Shown: in pieces, positions 29,180 to 39,272 of the stretch
Layout of the letters: each line of letters starts with the position of its first letter
Numbering within the stretch: the first letter of the stretch is position 1
Virus record (IMG/VR): IMGVR_UViG_3300021431_002946
Span: 225,291-289,290 of that record
Strand: one strand, 5' to 3'
Source of the DNA: a virus
Taxonomy: Duplodnaviria; Heunggongvirae; Uroviricota; Caudoviricetes
DNA length: 64,000 nucleotides
The notes under the pieces: model-generated
Seen by the model: only the letters and a program-made list of their open reading frames with translations
What the model was told of the DNA's origin: nothing
Databases searched by the model: none
Program-made: the position numbers and the translations under genes

Positions 29180-30145
29180 ATGGCTATAGATATTAAGAAG
29201 ATATTGGCAAAATCAAAGCCTTTGTTAAATGGTGAGAGTAGATTACAGGAAGCTTTAAAGGATATTAAGCGACAGGTTGTTTCATATATTAGTGATGAGA
29301 CTAGTATGAAGAAAGAAATTGATCATGCTGGAAATAATGAATATATTTATTTATCAATATTTCCTCATAAAGCGCAGTCTGGAACAATTTATATATATAG
29401 TATGAATATAAATTTGGGTACAACTAATTTTAAATTAGAAGATTTAAGTACTACTGATGATTTTAATGGCGAAAAAATGATGCAATCATTTATTAATAAT
29501 TTAATTAATACTATATTCTTAAAATTTAAAGAATATGGATTAATGAAAAATGCTCCTTATGTTGATGAAGGTGGTACTAATTATTATACAGTAAATTTTA
29601 GATTTAATAATGAAACAATAAATAAATCATTAAAGAAAAGTGAAATTGCGAGATATGTTGTTGCTCAAAGAGATGCAAAAATAAAAAATTATGTAGAAGA
29701 ATTTAGTAAAATAAGTAAAACAATTGAAAATTATACAAGAACAAAAGATTTTGAAAAGAAAATTGAAGACTTATTTTTAACAGCTCGTAAAAATGAAGTA
29801 GATTTATTGGTTCAAATATATGGTGTTGAAGTTGAGGATCCTGATGATTTATATGGTGAATTTACTCGAGATATTGTATATATGAGAATATATGATGAAT
29901 TAAGTAAAAATAGATTTGAAGATCTTAATGATGAATTAAGTAAAGTATTTAGTGAATTGGATTGCCCATATACAAATACTGGCGCAGTTGGAGAAGCAAT
30001 GAAAGTTAGTATTTGGTCTGGATTAGAGTGGTTAAGTGTTAGACTTGAATCTCAAGGAATTAACGCAACTAAAGTTGATGTAGAAAAAATTGATTTGACA
30101 AATAAAGCACCAATTAAAATACATTTATTTATTAATAATGAGTAA
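29180..30145 (+). CDS. hypothetical protein
   Basis: 321-aa ORF with RBS. Confidence 0.8.
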   Translation: MAIDIKKILAKSKPLLNGESRLQEALKDIKRQVVSYISDETSMKKEIDHAGNNEYIYLSIFPHKAQSGTIYIYSMNINLGTTNFKLEDLSTTDDFNGEKMMQSFINNLINTIFLKFKEYGLMKNAPYVDEGGTNYYTVNFRFNNETINKSLKKSEIARYVVAQRDAKIKNYVEEFSKISKTIENYTRTKDFEKKIEDLFLTARKNEVDLLVQIYGVEVEDPDDLYGEFTRDIVYMRIYDELSKNRFEDLNDELSKVFSELDCPYTNTGAVGEAMKVSIWSGLEWLSVRLESQGINATKVDVEKIDLTNKAPIKIHLFINNE

Positions 30146-30156
30146 GGAGGTTAAAA

Positions 30157-30543
30157 ATGACAATACAAGAGATAGATAGAATTATAGATTTTGGATTAAG
30201 AGATAATACTCCTAATGAGGCTATAGTTTTGATATTGTCACAACTTAATCAACAGCCTCTTAGATTTTCAGTAGAAGAATTTGATTCTGATAACTTAAAG
30301 AATTTTAGTAATAAAGGTGAGATATTTAATAATAGATCATATTATGATGTTGCTTCAAAAGATTTTGATTTATATGATGCTGAAGGAAATTTAGTACTTA
30401 GTGTCACAATGGATGGTCGAGTAATTGGACATTTACCAAGATTTGAAGTACCTTCTGATAATGAAGAAGATATTGAAACATTTAAAAAATTTGCAAGAGA
30501 TTTATTAAAATATGATACTATTACTTATCCTGAAAGAAAATAA
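30157..30543 (+). CDS. hypothetical protein
   Basis: ORF with AAGGAGG RBS. Confidence 0.75.
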   Translation: MTIQEIDRIIDFGLRDNTPNEAIVLILSQLNQQPLRFSVEEFDSDNLKNFSNKGEIFNNRSYYDVASKDFDLYDAEGNLVLSVTMDGRVIGHLPRFEVPSDNEEDIETFKKFARDLLKYDTITYPERK

Positions 30544-30547
30544 AACG

Positions 30548-30590
30548 AATTTGCTCTAACTTTATTGTTAGGGCAAATTTTTTTCTTTTT
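30548..30590 (+). terminator. intrinsic terminator
   Basis: AATTTGCTCTAAC/GTTAGGGCAAATT plus T-tract. Confidence 0.75.
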
Positions 30591-30694
30591 TAGCATAAAA
30601 GTATGTACAATAATATAATTATATGATAATATATAGCTATACGTTAAAGTTAAAAATTTAAGCGAGATTTTTTTAGTTTTTGTATAAAAGTTAT

Positions 30695-30722
30695 TTACAA
30701 ACAACTAAAAAGAGGTTATAAT
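30695..30722 (+). promoter_or_regulatory. sigmaA-like promoter
   Basis: TTTACA-N17-TATAAT upstream of MoxR gene; similar at about 31826-31853. Confidence 0.65.
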
Positions 30723-30769
30723 TAAACTAACAACAAAACAACAACATTTTATTCAAGGAGATTTAACTT

Positions 30770-31750
30770 ATGGCTAAGAAGACAACTGTTAACATTAACA
30801 AGACTTATTTCATTACAAAGATTGATGCAAAGACGCTTGAAACAAATCTGATTCCTAATAAGGGAACAATTCAGATTGTTGAAGGTCAGGATATGCATTA
30901 CGCAGCAATCTTGAGAATTTATAACTGGTATCAGACTGATTACGCAACAGGTAAGATTAGTGCTGAGGCTGGTAACATTATTTTGTCTCGTATGTATGGC
31001 ATACTCCAGATGTCTGAAAGTGATATTGATGAAAGACTGCTTACAAGCGATATGACAGTTGATGAGAATGCTGAAGCTATTGCTCAGAAGCTGATTGACC
31101 TTCTTGCTGAGCTTGGAATTGATGTATCAATAAGAATGTTTGATACTCTTGCAAGAGCTACTGATAAGGTTGCATATCTGTTGAGCTACTACAAGCTTTC
31201 TGACCATCCTGCATATAATGAGCTTTATACAAAGATTCAGGGTTCTGAATGGAGAACATTCCTCAAGAAGTTTAATGTAACAGCTAAGACTGAGCCTGTA
31301 AATAAGCACCTCAAGATTTACTTTGGTCCTGCAGGTACAGGTAAAACATATACAGCTGAAAAAGAAGCTGACACAGTAATTCTTTGCTCTGCAGATATGA
31401 CTTGTAAAGATTTGCTTCAGGATTTTGACTTTGAAGATGGTAAGGCTACATTCAAGAAGTCAGACCTTTGGATTGCAATTGAAGAAGGTAAAACAGTACT
31501 TCTTGATGAGATTAACCTTCTCAACAAAGATACTCTTCAGTTCCTTCAGGGTTTGACTGACGGTAAGGAAAGCATTAACTTCCTCGGTAATATCATCAAA
31601 ATTCATCCTAACTTTAAGGTAATTGGTACAATGAACCTTGTTGTAAACGGTATGAAGTTCCCTCTTCCTGAGCCTCTTGTTGATAGATGCTCTGAGATTA
31701 TTGAATATAAGCTTACAGCTAAAGACCTTCTTAGATCTTTAGGTCAGTAA
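30770..31750 (+). CDS. MoxR-family AAA+ ATPase
   Basis: GPAGTGKT, LLDEINLL, IHPNFKVIGTMN, LVDR. Confidence 0.85.
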   Translation: MAKKTTVNINKTYFITKIDAKTLETNLIPNKGTIQIVEGQDMHYAAILRIYNWYQTDYATGKISAEAGNIILSRMYGILQMSESDIDERLLTSDMTVDENAEAIAQKLIDLLAELGIDVSIRMFDTLARATDKVAYLLSYYKLSDHPAYNELYTKIQGSEWRTFLKKFNVTAKTEPVNKHLKIYFGPAGTGKTYTAEKEADTVILCSADMTCKDLLQDFDFEDGKATFKKSDLWIAIEEGKTVLLDEINLLNKDTLQFLQGLTDGKESINFLGNIIKIHPNFKVIGTMNLVVNGMKFPLPEPLVDRCSEIIEYKLTAKDLLRSLGQ

Positions 31751-31774
31751 TAAATCTCCTAAATTGTTGTTAGA

Positions 31775-31802
31775 AAAAGAGTCTCGTAAGAGGCTCTTTT
31801 TC
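31775..31802 (+). terminator. intrinsic terminator
   Basis: AAAAGAGTCTC/GAGGCTCTTTT. Confidence 0.7.
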
Positions 31803-31881
31803 TTATTATTTTAATAAAAAGTTATTTACAACAGTATATAAATAGGTTATAATAATCTTATAAACAACAAGGAGATAACAT

Positions 31882-33519
31882 ATGGAAATTACATACGCTT
31901 TTATTAAGTCAATCTTTGATACACTTTCAGTAAGCTACTATCTTGGTAGAAAGATTGACGTAGTTCTTTCAAAGACAAGCAAAAATTCATTTTATGCTCC
32001 TGAAAAAGACCTGATCGTTATCTCAGCTCCTTCAATTGCAAGAGTTATTTTTGAAGGTAACTTTGATAGAGCATACATTGAGCAGATTGTTCGTGGTCTT
32101 CTTTATCATGAAGTAAGCCATGTCATTCTTTCAGGTAAGAATTGGATTGGTATAGCTGCAAATAAGAAAGAGCAGAAGAACCTTAACATTTTTGAAGATG
32201 AAAGAATTGAAACAATCCTTGCAAATTATTATATCAATACAGATTTTAAGAAGAACATTATTCTTCTTAATAACTATCGTGGTCAGGCTCCTAGAAATGC
32301 TGACGAAGCTTGGTACTTCACAGTAAGATTCCATGTTGGTGAAGCTAAGTGGATTGACTATACTGAACAGCTCATCAATAAGTATGCTGATCTTACAGCT
32401 ACAGCTTCAAGATATGAGTGGAGAGAATATCTCTCTGATATTATGGACTTCTACAATGAGTTCTGCAAAGATTGGAATGAAAATAATGAAGAAACAGAAT
32501 CTGCTCCTTCTGATGAAGATGAAGAAAAGTCTGAGAGCGAGTTTCAGAAGTCATTTTTTGGTAGTGACGGTCATGATGGTAATGAAGAAGATTATGATTT
32601 TGATGAAAATGCGTCTGGAAATGATGCATCTAATGACTCTGACTCTGATGATGAAACTAATGGCTCTGGTAAGTCTGATGATAAATCTGATGAAGCTGAT
32701 CAGAAGTCTGATGAAGAGTCTGATAATGGTAAAGAATCTGATAAGATGACAGAAGAAGAAGCTGAAGAAAAAGCTAATAACACAAGAAAGTTCAAGTCTT
32801 CTATTAATAAAAATCAGCCTGGCTCAACATCTCCTATTCTTAGAAGAGCATTTGAGAACTTCAATGATTATGAGAATGCAAATCTTACTGCAAAGCTTGC
32901 TAAGATTTTGATGATGGCTAATAAAAAGAAAGGTTTTTATAGCAACTCAAGATCTACATATAATAGTGGTAGAATTAATCCTCGTAGTATCAAAGAAGAC
33001 AACTACAAGTGGTTTATCGACAAAGGTCATAATAGTGACAAGAGATACTCCAAGATTCATTTCAATCTCTTTATTGATAACTCTGGTTCTTGGACTGCTG
33101 AGCTTGAAATTAATCAGCTTATAAGAGCACTCAACAAAATTAAGTCTCCTGACTTTGATTTTGATGTAATCACAATCAACACAAATATTGTTGAATGGCC
33201 TACAAGTGACGCGTATGTATTTGAAGCAAGTGGCGGTACTGATCTTAACAATGAGATTGCTCCTGTTATTAAGAAGCATACAAAAGCAGGTTGCTATAAC
33301 TACAATATTGTTGTATTTGACGGTGCAGCTCATAGTTATAACAGAACTTCTGAGCCTTTCCTCAACTTCAATACTGAAAACACAATTCTTGTAGTTGATG
33401 ACTCTAACAAAGATTTTGTTAAGAATTGCAATACTTGCAAAAAGAAGATTATTTCTGATAACTACGCAACACACTTCATCGATGCTATCATCGAGCTGCT
33501 TGAAAGAACAATTTGCTAA
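31882..33519 (+). CDS. VWA-domain protein with HExxH motif (CobT/MoxR-partner type)
   Basis: LYHEVSH, NIFEDERIE, acidic linker, MIDAS IDNSGS...GGT...VFDG. Confidence 0.8.
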   Translation: MEITYAFIKSIFDTLSVSYYLGRKIDVVLSKTSKNSFYAPEKDLIVISAPSIARVIFEGNFDRAYIEQIVRGLLYHEVSHVILSGKNWIGIAANKKEQKNLNIFEDERIETILANYYINTDFKKNIILLNNYRGQAPRNADEAWYFTVRFHVGEAKWIDYTEQLINKYADLTATASRYEWREYLSDIMDFYNEFCKDWNENNEETESAPSDEDEEKSESEFQKSFFGSDGHDGNEEDYDFDENASGNDASNDSDSDDETNGSGKSDDKSDEADQKSDEESDNGKESDKMTEEEAEEKANNTRKFKSSINKNQPGSTSPILRRAFENFNDYENANLTAKLAKILMMANKKKGFYSNSRSTYNSGRINPRSIKEDNYKWFIDKGHNSDKRYSKIHFNLFIDNSGSWTAELEINQLIRALNKIKSPDFDFDVITINTNIVEWPTSDAYVFEASGGTDLNNEIAPVIKKHTKAGCYNYNIVVFDGAAHSYNRTSEPFLNFNTENTILVVDDSNKDFVKNCNTCKKKIISDNYATHFIDAIIELLERTIC

Positions 33520-33550
33520 TAATTATTAAATTAAGAAAGGATAAATTATT

Positions 33551-33991
33551 ATGGGAAGAAAGATTAGAGATTTGACTGGAGAAAAGTTTGGAAAGCTGAC
33601 TGTGCTTGCATTGTCACCTGATAGGCATAATGTAAATGGTAATGCACAATGGCTTTGTAGATGTGAATGTGGTAATATTGTTGAAGTAGTAAATACATCA
33701 CTTTTGTCTGGAGCTACTGCTTCTTGTGGTTGCCTTAGACGTGAAGGTAAAGCTAAAGAAATGAAGACAAGAAATATGCCTAGACTTGATCTTAGAAATA
33801 TAAGATTTGGTAGATTGACTGCAATTTCACCAACTTATAGACGAGATGCAACTAGATCTATTGTTTGGAAATGTAAGTGCGATTGTGGTAAAACAATCTA
33901 TGTTAGAGCGTCAAATCTTAGAAGTGGAAATACAAAGTCTTGTGGTTGCTTGAAGAAGGAAAAGATTAGAAGAGCTGTTCTTGACTTCTAA
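33551..33991 (+). CDS. tandem zinc-ribbon DNA-binding protein (HNH/AP2-associated type module x2)
   Basis: DL.G..FG.LT...W.C.C.CG.....L.SG...SCGC repeated twice. Confidence 0.65.
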   Translation: MGRKIRDLTGEKFGKLTVLALSPDRHNVNGNAQWLCRCECGNIVEVVNTSLLSGATASCGCLRREGKAKEMKTRNMPRLDLRNIRFGRLTAISPTYRRDATRSIVWKCKCDCGKTIYVRASNLRSGNTKSCGCLKKEKIRRAVLDF

Positions 33992-34029
33992 AATTTAGTT
34001 TACCTATTATTTAGAATAGTTTATAATTA

Positions 34030-34063
34030 AAAAGGATGAGATTATTACATCTCATCCTTTTTT
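34030..34063 (+). terminator. intrinsic terminator
   Basis: AAAAGGATGAGAT/ATCTCATCCTTTT. Confidence 0.75.
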
Positions 34064-34115
34064 AAAGGCTATTTAAATATACAAGAAAATTTAGTTTAAG
34101 GAGGAATTTTTTCAG

Positions 34116-34346
34116 ATGAGTAATGAAGAGATTTTTGACGCGATTATTTATGAATTGACATTTTCAAATGGTGTAAAGTTGACTGGACCTCTTGATAAGG
34201 TATCAAATCATTTGACAGATTTTGATGATCCTAAGATGGTAATTTCGAGAAATCAGCCTGAGTCTATTAAGTCTATTGTTGATGAATATCATTCTATTAA
34301 TGATGTAACTCCAATTAAGTTTGAAGATTTTCTTGCAAATAGATAA
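34116..34346 (+). CDS. hypothetical protein
   Basis: ORF with RBS. Confidence 0.6.
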   Translation: MSNEEIFDAIIYELTFSNGVKLTGPLDKVSNHLTDFDDPKMVISRNQPESIKSIVDEYHSINDVTPIKFEDFLANR

Positions 34347-34421
34347 AGAATTACTTTAAACTTTAAATGCAATTAAACCAGAGTCAATCTGGTTTAAATT
34401 ATTTATATATGGAGAAATAGA

Positions 34422-35324
34422 ATGTTAGCAAATAAATATAGACCAAAGACTTTTGACGAAGTAACTGGTCAAGAAGTTACTGTTAAAATTCTTAAGAACC
34501 AATTAAAAAATAATAATTATTCTCATGCAATGTCATTTATTGGACCTTCAGGCTCAGGTAAGACTACTTGTGCGAGAATATTTGCTAATGAGATTGATGG
34601 TGAAATATTTGAGTATGATTGTGCATCTCATAATGGAGTAGCTGATATTAAAGAAATTCTTGACAAAGCTAGAATAAAGTCACTTATTCATGAATATAAG
34701 GTTTTTATTTTGGATGAATGTCATACTCTTTCAAGTGCAGCTTGGCCTGCACTTCTTATTACTTTAGAAGAAAATTTACCTAATGCAATTTTTATTTTGT
34801 GTACAACTGATGCACAGAAAATTCCTAATACAATTATTTCTAGAGTACAAACTTATAATTTTTTACCATTAACTCAAGCTCAAATTTTTGATAGACTTAA
34901 AGAAATTTGTAAGGCTGAAAATATTCAAATACAAGATGATGCAATTGATCTTATTGCTCATTATTCTAAAGGTAGTTTAAGACAAGCATTAACAAATTTA
35001 GATAAATGTATTGTATTTGGAGAGCTAGATTATAATAGTATTTGTAAAGTATTAAATATTGTTACTTATGATCTGATGCAAGATTTAACAAACGCAATTA
35101 AGAATTCAGATACTAAGAAAATTATTGAATTAGTTGATGGTATTTATAATAATGGATATGAATTACATCAATTTGTAAAACAATATTTAGATTGGGTTGT
35201 TGATAATCAAGTTGTTGATCTTATGTCAATGTTATTAGATCTAGTAAATGATATTAGATATGATGAGACGCCTAAAGCAATTATTATTGCTAAATTTATA
35301 ACGAAAGGAGGAAATTATGTCTAA
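34422..35324 (+). CDS. dnaX: DNA polymerase III gamma/tau-like clamp loader ATPase
   Basis: LANKYRPKTFDEVTGQE, GPSGSGKTT, KVFILDECH, LEE, TIISR, GSLRQA. Confidence 0.9.
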   Translation: MLANKYRPKTFDEVTGQEVTVKILKNQLKNNNYSHAMSFIGPSGSGKTTCARIFANEIDGEIFEYDCASHNGVADIKEILDKARIKSLIHEYKVFILDECHTLSSAAWPALLITLEENLPNAIFILCTTDAQKIPNTIISRVQTYNFLPLTQAQIFDRLKEICKAENIQIQDDAIDLIAHYSKGSLRQALTNLDKCIVFGELDYNSICKVLNIVTYDLMQDLTNAIKNSDTKKIIELVDGIYNNGYELHQFVKQYLDWVVDNQVVDLMSMLLDLVNDIRYDETPKAIIIAKFITKGGNYV

Positions 35325-36318
35325 TGGTGAAAAGAAGTATAAAGCAATTTCAAAACATTCAGTTACGCGCGGAAAGCAGCGATTAGGTAACACAAAGAAT
35401 GGTATAAGTTTAGCTGCAAAAAGAGCTAGAAAAGATGGATTAGAAGCTCATTTAGTTAAAGGTGCTTTACATGATGAAATGGTAAAGCATGCTGGAACTT
35501 TAATTATATATTATGCGAATGCAATTTATATTTTTGGTAAGAATGATGCTTTAATTACTGTTTTAAATAAAGGTACTTTATTTGATAAAGAACTATATAA
35601 ATATACTTTATATGGAACTTTTGTAAGTTATACTCATGCTAGATATAAGTATACAGAAAATAAAGAAAAAATGTATGAAACTCTCAATGCAGGATATAAT
35701 TATATTGTTGCACAAATAAATGAGTATATTGCTCCATATTTAGCAAAATGTGATTTTATTTATGCAGATCCATATACAAAAAATAAATATGGTCAAGCAA
35801 ATATTAGTTGTGATGACATATTACCTATTGAAATTGTTGAAAAAATTAAAAATGATTTTGGTTTGGTAGTAATGTATTTAAATGCTCCAAAAGCAGTTGA
35901 TCCAAATGAAACAATGGATCGTGCAGAAATAATTAAAGAATGGTTTAGTAAAAATTATAATATAAATGTAAAAGTTAGTTTTGCAGACGGTAAATATACT
36001 ATTTTAAGAACTGCTACTAGTTCACCAGTTAAAATAATTTCTGAAAAAGTTCAAAAATCATATGAAAATGCTTTTAAATCTAAATTATATATTAGATATA
36101 AAGGTGATGGACTATCTAATAATGTATTAGTTCCAGAAAAAATTGCATTTGCTTTAAAAATTACAAATTGGTTACAAAATTATACAAGTAATTATATAAT
36201 ATTTGATATTGATAAAACAAATGTGGAAATTCAATCTAATGAAAATATAAGTGAAGATTTGAAGGATAATTTTTATAAAGAATTTAATAAAGTATTATTG
36301 GTTAGTAAGCGAGGGTGA
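35317..36318 (+). CDS. hypothetical protein (paralogous N-terminus with next gene)
   Basis: KHSVTRGKQRLG...YYANAIYIF vs NHSMRRGNQRLG...YYANAVYIF. Confidence 0.75.
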   Translation: MSNGEKKYKAISKHSVTRGKQRLGNTKNGISLAAKRARKDGLEAHLVKGALHDEMVKHAGTLIIYYANAIYIFGKNDALITVLNKGTLFDKELYKYTLYGTFVSYTHARYKYTENKEKMYETLNAGYNYIVAQINEYIAPYLAKCDFIYADPYTKNKYGQANISCDDILPIEIVEKIKNDFGLVVMYLNAPKAVDPNETMDRAEIIKEWFSKNYNINVKVSFADGKYTILRTATSSPVKIISEKVQKSYENAFKSKLYIRYKGDGLSNNVLVPEKIAFALKITNWLQNYTSNYIIFDIDKTNVEIQSNENISEDLKDNFYKEFNKVLLVSKRG

Positions 36319-36322
36319 TATT

Positions 36323-36907
36323 ATGGCAACGTTTAAAAAGTATAAAAATTTAAATAATACCACAAATCACTCTATGCGAAGAGGAAATCAAAGATTAGGT
36401 TTAACTAAAAATGAAACTAAAAAAATGGCTGATAGAGCATTAACTGATGGTATATCTTCAGAATTAATTTTTGGTAAACTTAAAGAAGAAGTAATGGACA
36501 CTTGTAAAGGTAATGTTAGATATTATGCAAATGCAGTTTATATATTTAATAGAAATAATCATTTAATTACAGTAATAAAAGTAGATCCAATATATGAAAA
36601 ACATTTGTTAGATTATGTTAGTTTACCTGTTTTTGCTTGGTATAAAATGAATAGAATTAAGTATAAATCAAATCAAGCAGCTTGTCAAAAATCTGTACAA
36701 CGATTAATTAATGAGTCTAAACAAAAAATAATTTTGAAAATTAATACTGAATTTTTTGCAGATTCTGATATAAAAGTACATGATATTATACTTTATGAGA
36801 AGAAAGGTACTGTTGTTGTAGATACAACTGATTTTAGTAAGATAGCAGATTTAAGATCTGATTTTAAGAAAAAATATAGAATGAACTTAATAACTAAGAG
36901 AAAGTGA
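36323..36907 (+). CDS. hypothetical protein (paralog of upstream gene)
   Basis: Shared H..R..QRLG and YYANA.YIF motifs. Confidence 0.75.
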   Translation: MATFKKYKNLNNTTNHSMRRGNQRLGLTKNETKKMADRALTDGISSELIFGKLKEEVMDTCKGNVRYYANAVYIFNRNNHLITVIKVDPIYEKHLLDYVSLPVFAWYKMNRIKYKSNQAACQKSVQRLINESKQKIILKINTEFFADSDIKVHDIILYEKKGTVVVDTTDFSKIADLRSDFKKKYRMNLITKRK

Positions 36908-37620
36908 GAAATGAGATGAAAGTAATTGTAATTCCAGATATTCATCTTAAGCCTCAAATTTTTGATAGAGTTGATCGAATTATGTATAAGTACGACATTA
37001 CCGAATCAGTATTTGTGGGTGATATTGTAGATGATTGGGGTAAAAGTGATGATATAGAACTAGTTAAAGAAACACTTGATCGCGCAATTAAATTTAAGAA
37101 AGATCATCCTTCATGCAAGTTCTGTTGGGGAAATCATGAAGTTGGTTATATTACTGGAATTTATTGTTCAGGAAATAGTGAAATTCATTATATTGATATT
37201 CAAGATATGATTAAAGAATATGAAAAGAAAGTACAGCCTAGAATAGCATTTAAGATTGATAATGTTATTTTTAGTCATGCAGGTTTTACTGAAACATATA
37301 AATCAGCTTTAGAAATCTTGAATTCAACTAAAGAATATAATGAAAAATTGTATGAGTGTATGTTAGATACTGGATCTCCTTTATGGGTAAGACCTGATGA
37401 GTGGATTAAATTTTGTAATGTAACTCAAGTTGTAGGACATACTCCAGTTGAAACTATTACACAAGATAGAAAACTTTGGATAGTTGATACACATAGTACA
37501 TTACTTAATGGTGAACATTATGGAGATCAATCATTCTTAGTAATTGATACAAAGACACTAACTGCAGAAATTTATGGAGTAGATGAATGGATCAGCAAGA
37601 CCGTTTACGCGAACAATTAA
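36904..37620 (+). CDS. calcineurin-like metallophosphoesterase
   Basis: PDIH, GDIVD, GNHE, SHAG, VGHTP. Confidence 0.85.
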   Translation: MRNEMKVIVIPDIHLKPQIFDRVDRIMYKYDITESVFVGDIVDDWGKSDDIELVKETLDRAIKFKKDHPSCKFCWGNHEVGYITGIYCSGNSEIHYIDIQDMIKEYEKKVQPRIAFKIDNVIFSHAGFTETYKSALEILNSTKEYNEKLYECMLDTGSPLWVRPDEWIKFCNVTQVVGHTPVETITQDRKLWIVDTHSTLLNGEHYGDQSFLVIDTKTLTAEIYGVDEWISKTVYANN

Positions 37621-38192
37621 AAACTTTACCAAATAATTTAATTATTGTTGGACCTAAATATTCTGGTAAAAAGACTTTAGTTAATGAAGTTGCACCAGAT
37701 TTTATTTGGGTTGAAGGTAAAGTTGATAATATACGTGAATGTAAAGATGGTAATTATGTTTTTGCAGATGTAGATAATTGGAATCCAATTTGTTTTAGCG
37801 CTATGCTAAAATTATTGGAAGAAAATGAACATCATATTATTATTACATGTAAAAATATAATGAACCTTCCAAATTCAATACAATCAAGATGTATTATTGA
37901 ACATATGGATCCTTATAAAAATATTAAAAAATATTGTAATAGTATAGGCGAATATCAATTATATAGTGATGAAATGCTATATGATATTGATAGATTTATA
38001 TATAAAGATTCGTATGATCTTGATGTATATTTTAGTGTTCTTTGTAATAGATTAATTGATAGAATTAAAAATGGTGAACATTTAGAAAAACAACTTTTAA
38101 TTTGTAGTAAATATAATGCACTTAAATCACTTAAATCATTAAATACAAAACAATTTATTGTTAATTGGTCTTTAGATTTAAAAGAAATATAA
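37587..38192 (+). CDS. clamp loader delta-prime-like subunit (reduced AAA+)
   Basis: IIVGPKYSGKKTL, AMLKLLEE, LPNSIQSRC. Confidence 0.65.
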   Translation: MDQQDRLREQLKTLPNNLIIVGPKYSGKKTLVNEVAPDFIWVEGKVDNIRECKDGNYVFADVDNWNPICFSAMLKLLEENEHHIIITCKNIMNLPNSIQSRCIIEHMDPYKNIKKYCNSIGEYQLYSDEMLYDIDRFIYKDSYDLDVYFSVLCNRLIDRIKNGEHLEKQLLICSKYNALKSLKSLNTKQFIVNWSLDLKEI

Positions 38193-38293
38193 TACTGTAA
38201 CGGTTAACATTAAATTATTAAAAAATGTTTACGGTTAAAATTCTACAATATATAATATAGTTATAAACCTATAACTATTAAGGAAGTGATTGC

Positions 38294-38881
38294 ATGAGTA
38301 ATTATAAGATTGATAATGAATCAAAGAACCCAATGCATGTTGCACTTTTTGTTTCTAGAAATAAAGATAATTCAGCAGTAGCAGATTTTAAAGAGAGAAG
38401 AGTTACATTTGTAACTCATGCTACTATTGATGAACTTAAAAATAAGTTTAAGCATTTTGTAGAAGATGGTAAATCTGGTGAAATGTGTAGACTTTATTAT
38501 TCTGTAAATGCTAGAAATGAAGAGAAGGTTTATAAAGAGCTTCTTCATTATTTAATTGATAATCCAGACACAAATCTTTGTAATATGGATGCTAGAATTG
38601 CTAGTATTGCTGCAAAGAATGAAAATGCAGCTGAGAAGAAGTGGATGTTTGATTTTGATATTAATGATGAATCCAAAGCAAATGACTTTGTAAATGATAT
38701 TAAGAGTATTGATAATTCTGTTGAAACAGAAATTATTAAGACTCCTAATTGTTATGCAATTATTTGTAGTCATGGTTTTGATACTAGAGAACTTTACAAG
38801 AAATGGGATCATAATTTAACTGAGCTCAAGAGAGATGATCTTATTTGCGCATATTGGGCAATAAAGGATAAAGGAGGTTAA
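38294..38881 (+). CDS. conserved phage hypothetical protein
   Basis: SRNKDN, RLYYSVNAR, KWMFDFD, KTPN...HGFD. Confidence 0.7.
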   Translation: MSNYKIDNESKNPMHVALFVSRNKDNSAVADFKERRVTFVTHATIDELKNKFKHFVEDGKSGEMCRLYYSVNARNEEKVYKELLHYLIDNPDTNLCNMDARIASIAAKNENAAEKKWMFDFDINDESKANDFVNDIKSIDNSVETEIIKTPNCYAIICSHGFDTRELYKKWDHNLTELKRDDLICAYWAIKDKGG

Positions 38882-38882
38882 A

Positions 38883-39269
38883 ATGCTAAAATATATTGAG
38901 CAATCAGGCTATATTTATCATTATTATTTTAGTATTGATGATAAAAAGGCAAAAAATAAATCTTCTAAAATCTATTTATGGAAGGAAAAATATGAATATG
39001 GTACAAATGCAACGGTAGATCTTGAGAATAAAGATACTTCAAAGTTTTATTACATAATTTATAATAAAAGGAGTAATAAACGTGTAAGACAAGACCAAAT
39101 TGGAAAATTAATGCATGGAAAATGGATTTTATTGTTAGAAAGAAATGATGATCTTGCAAAACAGCTATATAATGATTATATAGCGCAAAAAATAAAAGAA
39201 GAAAAAGCAAAGATCAAAGCATTAAAAGACAAACAGAGTCTTGTTAATAATTTAGATATTGAGGAGTAA
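38883..39269 (+). CDS. hypothetical protein
   Basis: ORF with RBS. Confidence 0.7.
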   Translation: MLKYIEQSGYIYHYYFSIDDKKAKNKSSKIYLWKEKYEYGTNATVDLENKDTSKFYYIIYNKRSNKRVRQDQIGKLMHGKWILLLERNDDLAKQLYNDYIAQKIKEEKAKIKALKDKQSLVNNLDIEE

Positions 39270-39272
39270 TTT

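Noticed and set aside
28650-32780. Acidic low-complexity tracts (ATPase tail, VWA linker) as DNA repeats
   Set aside because: Protein-level D/E/S-rich linkers without a fixed nucleotide unit
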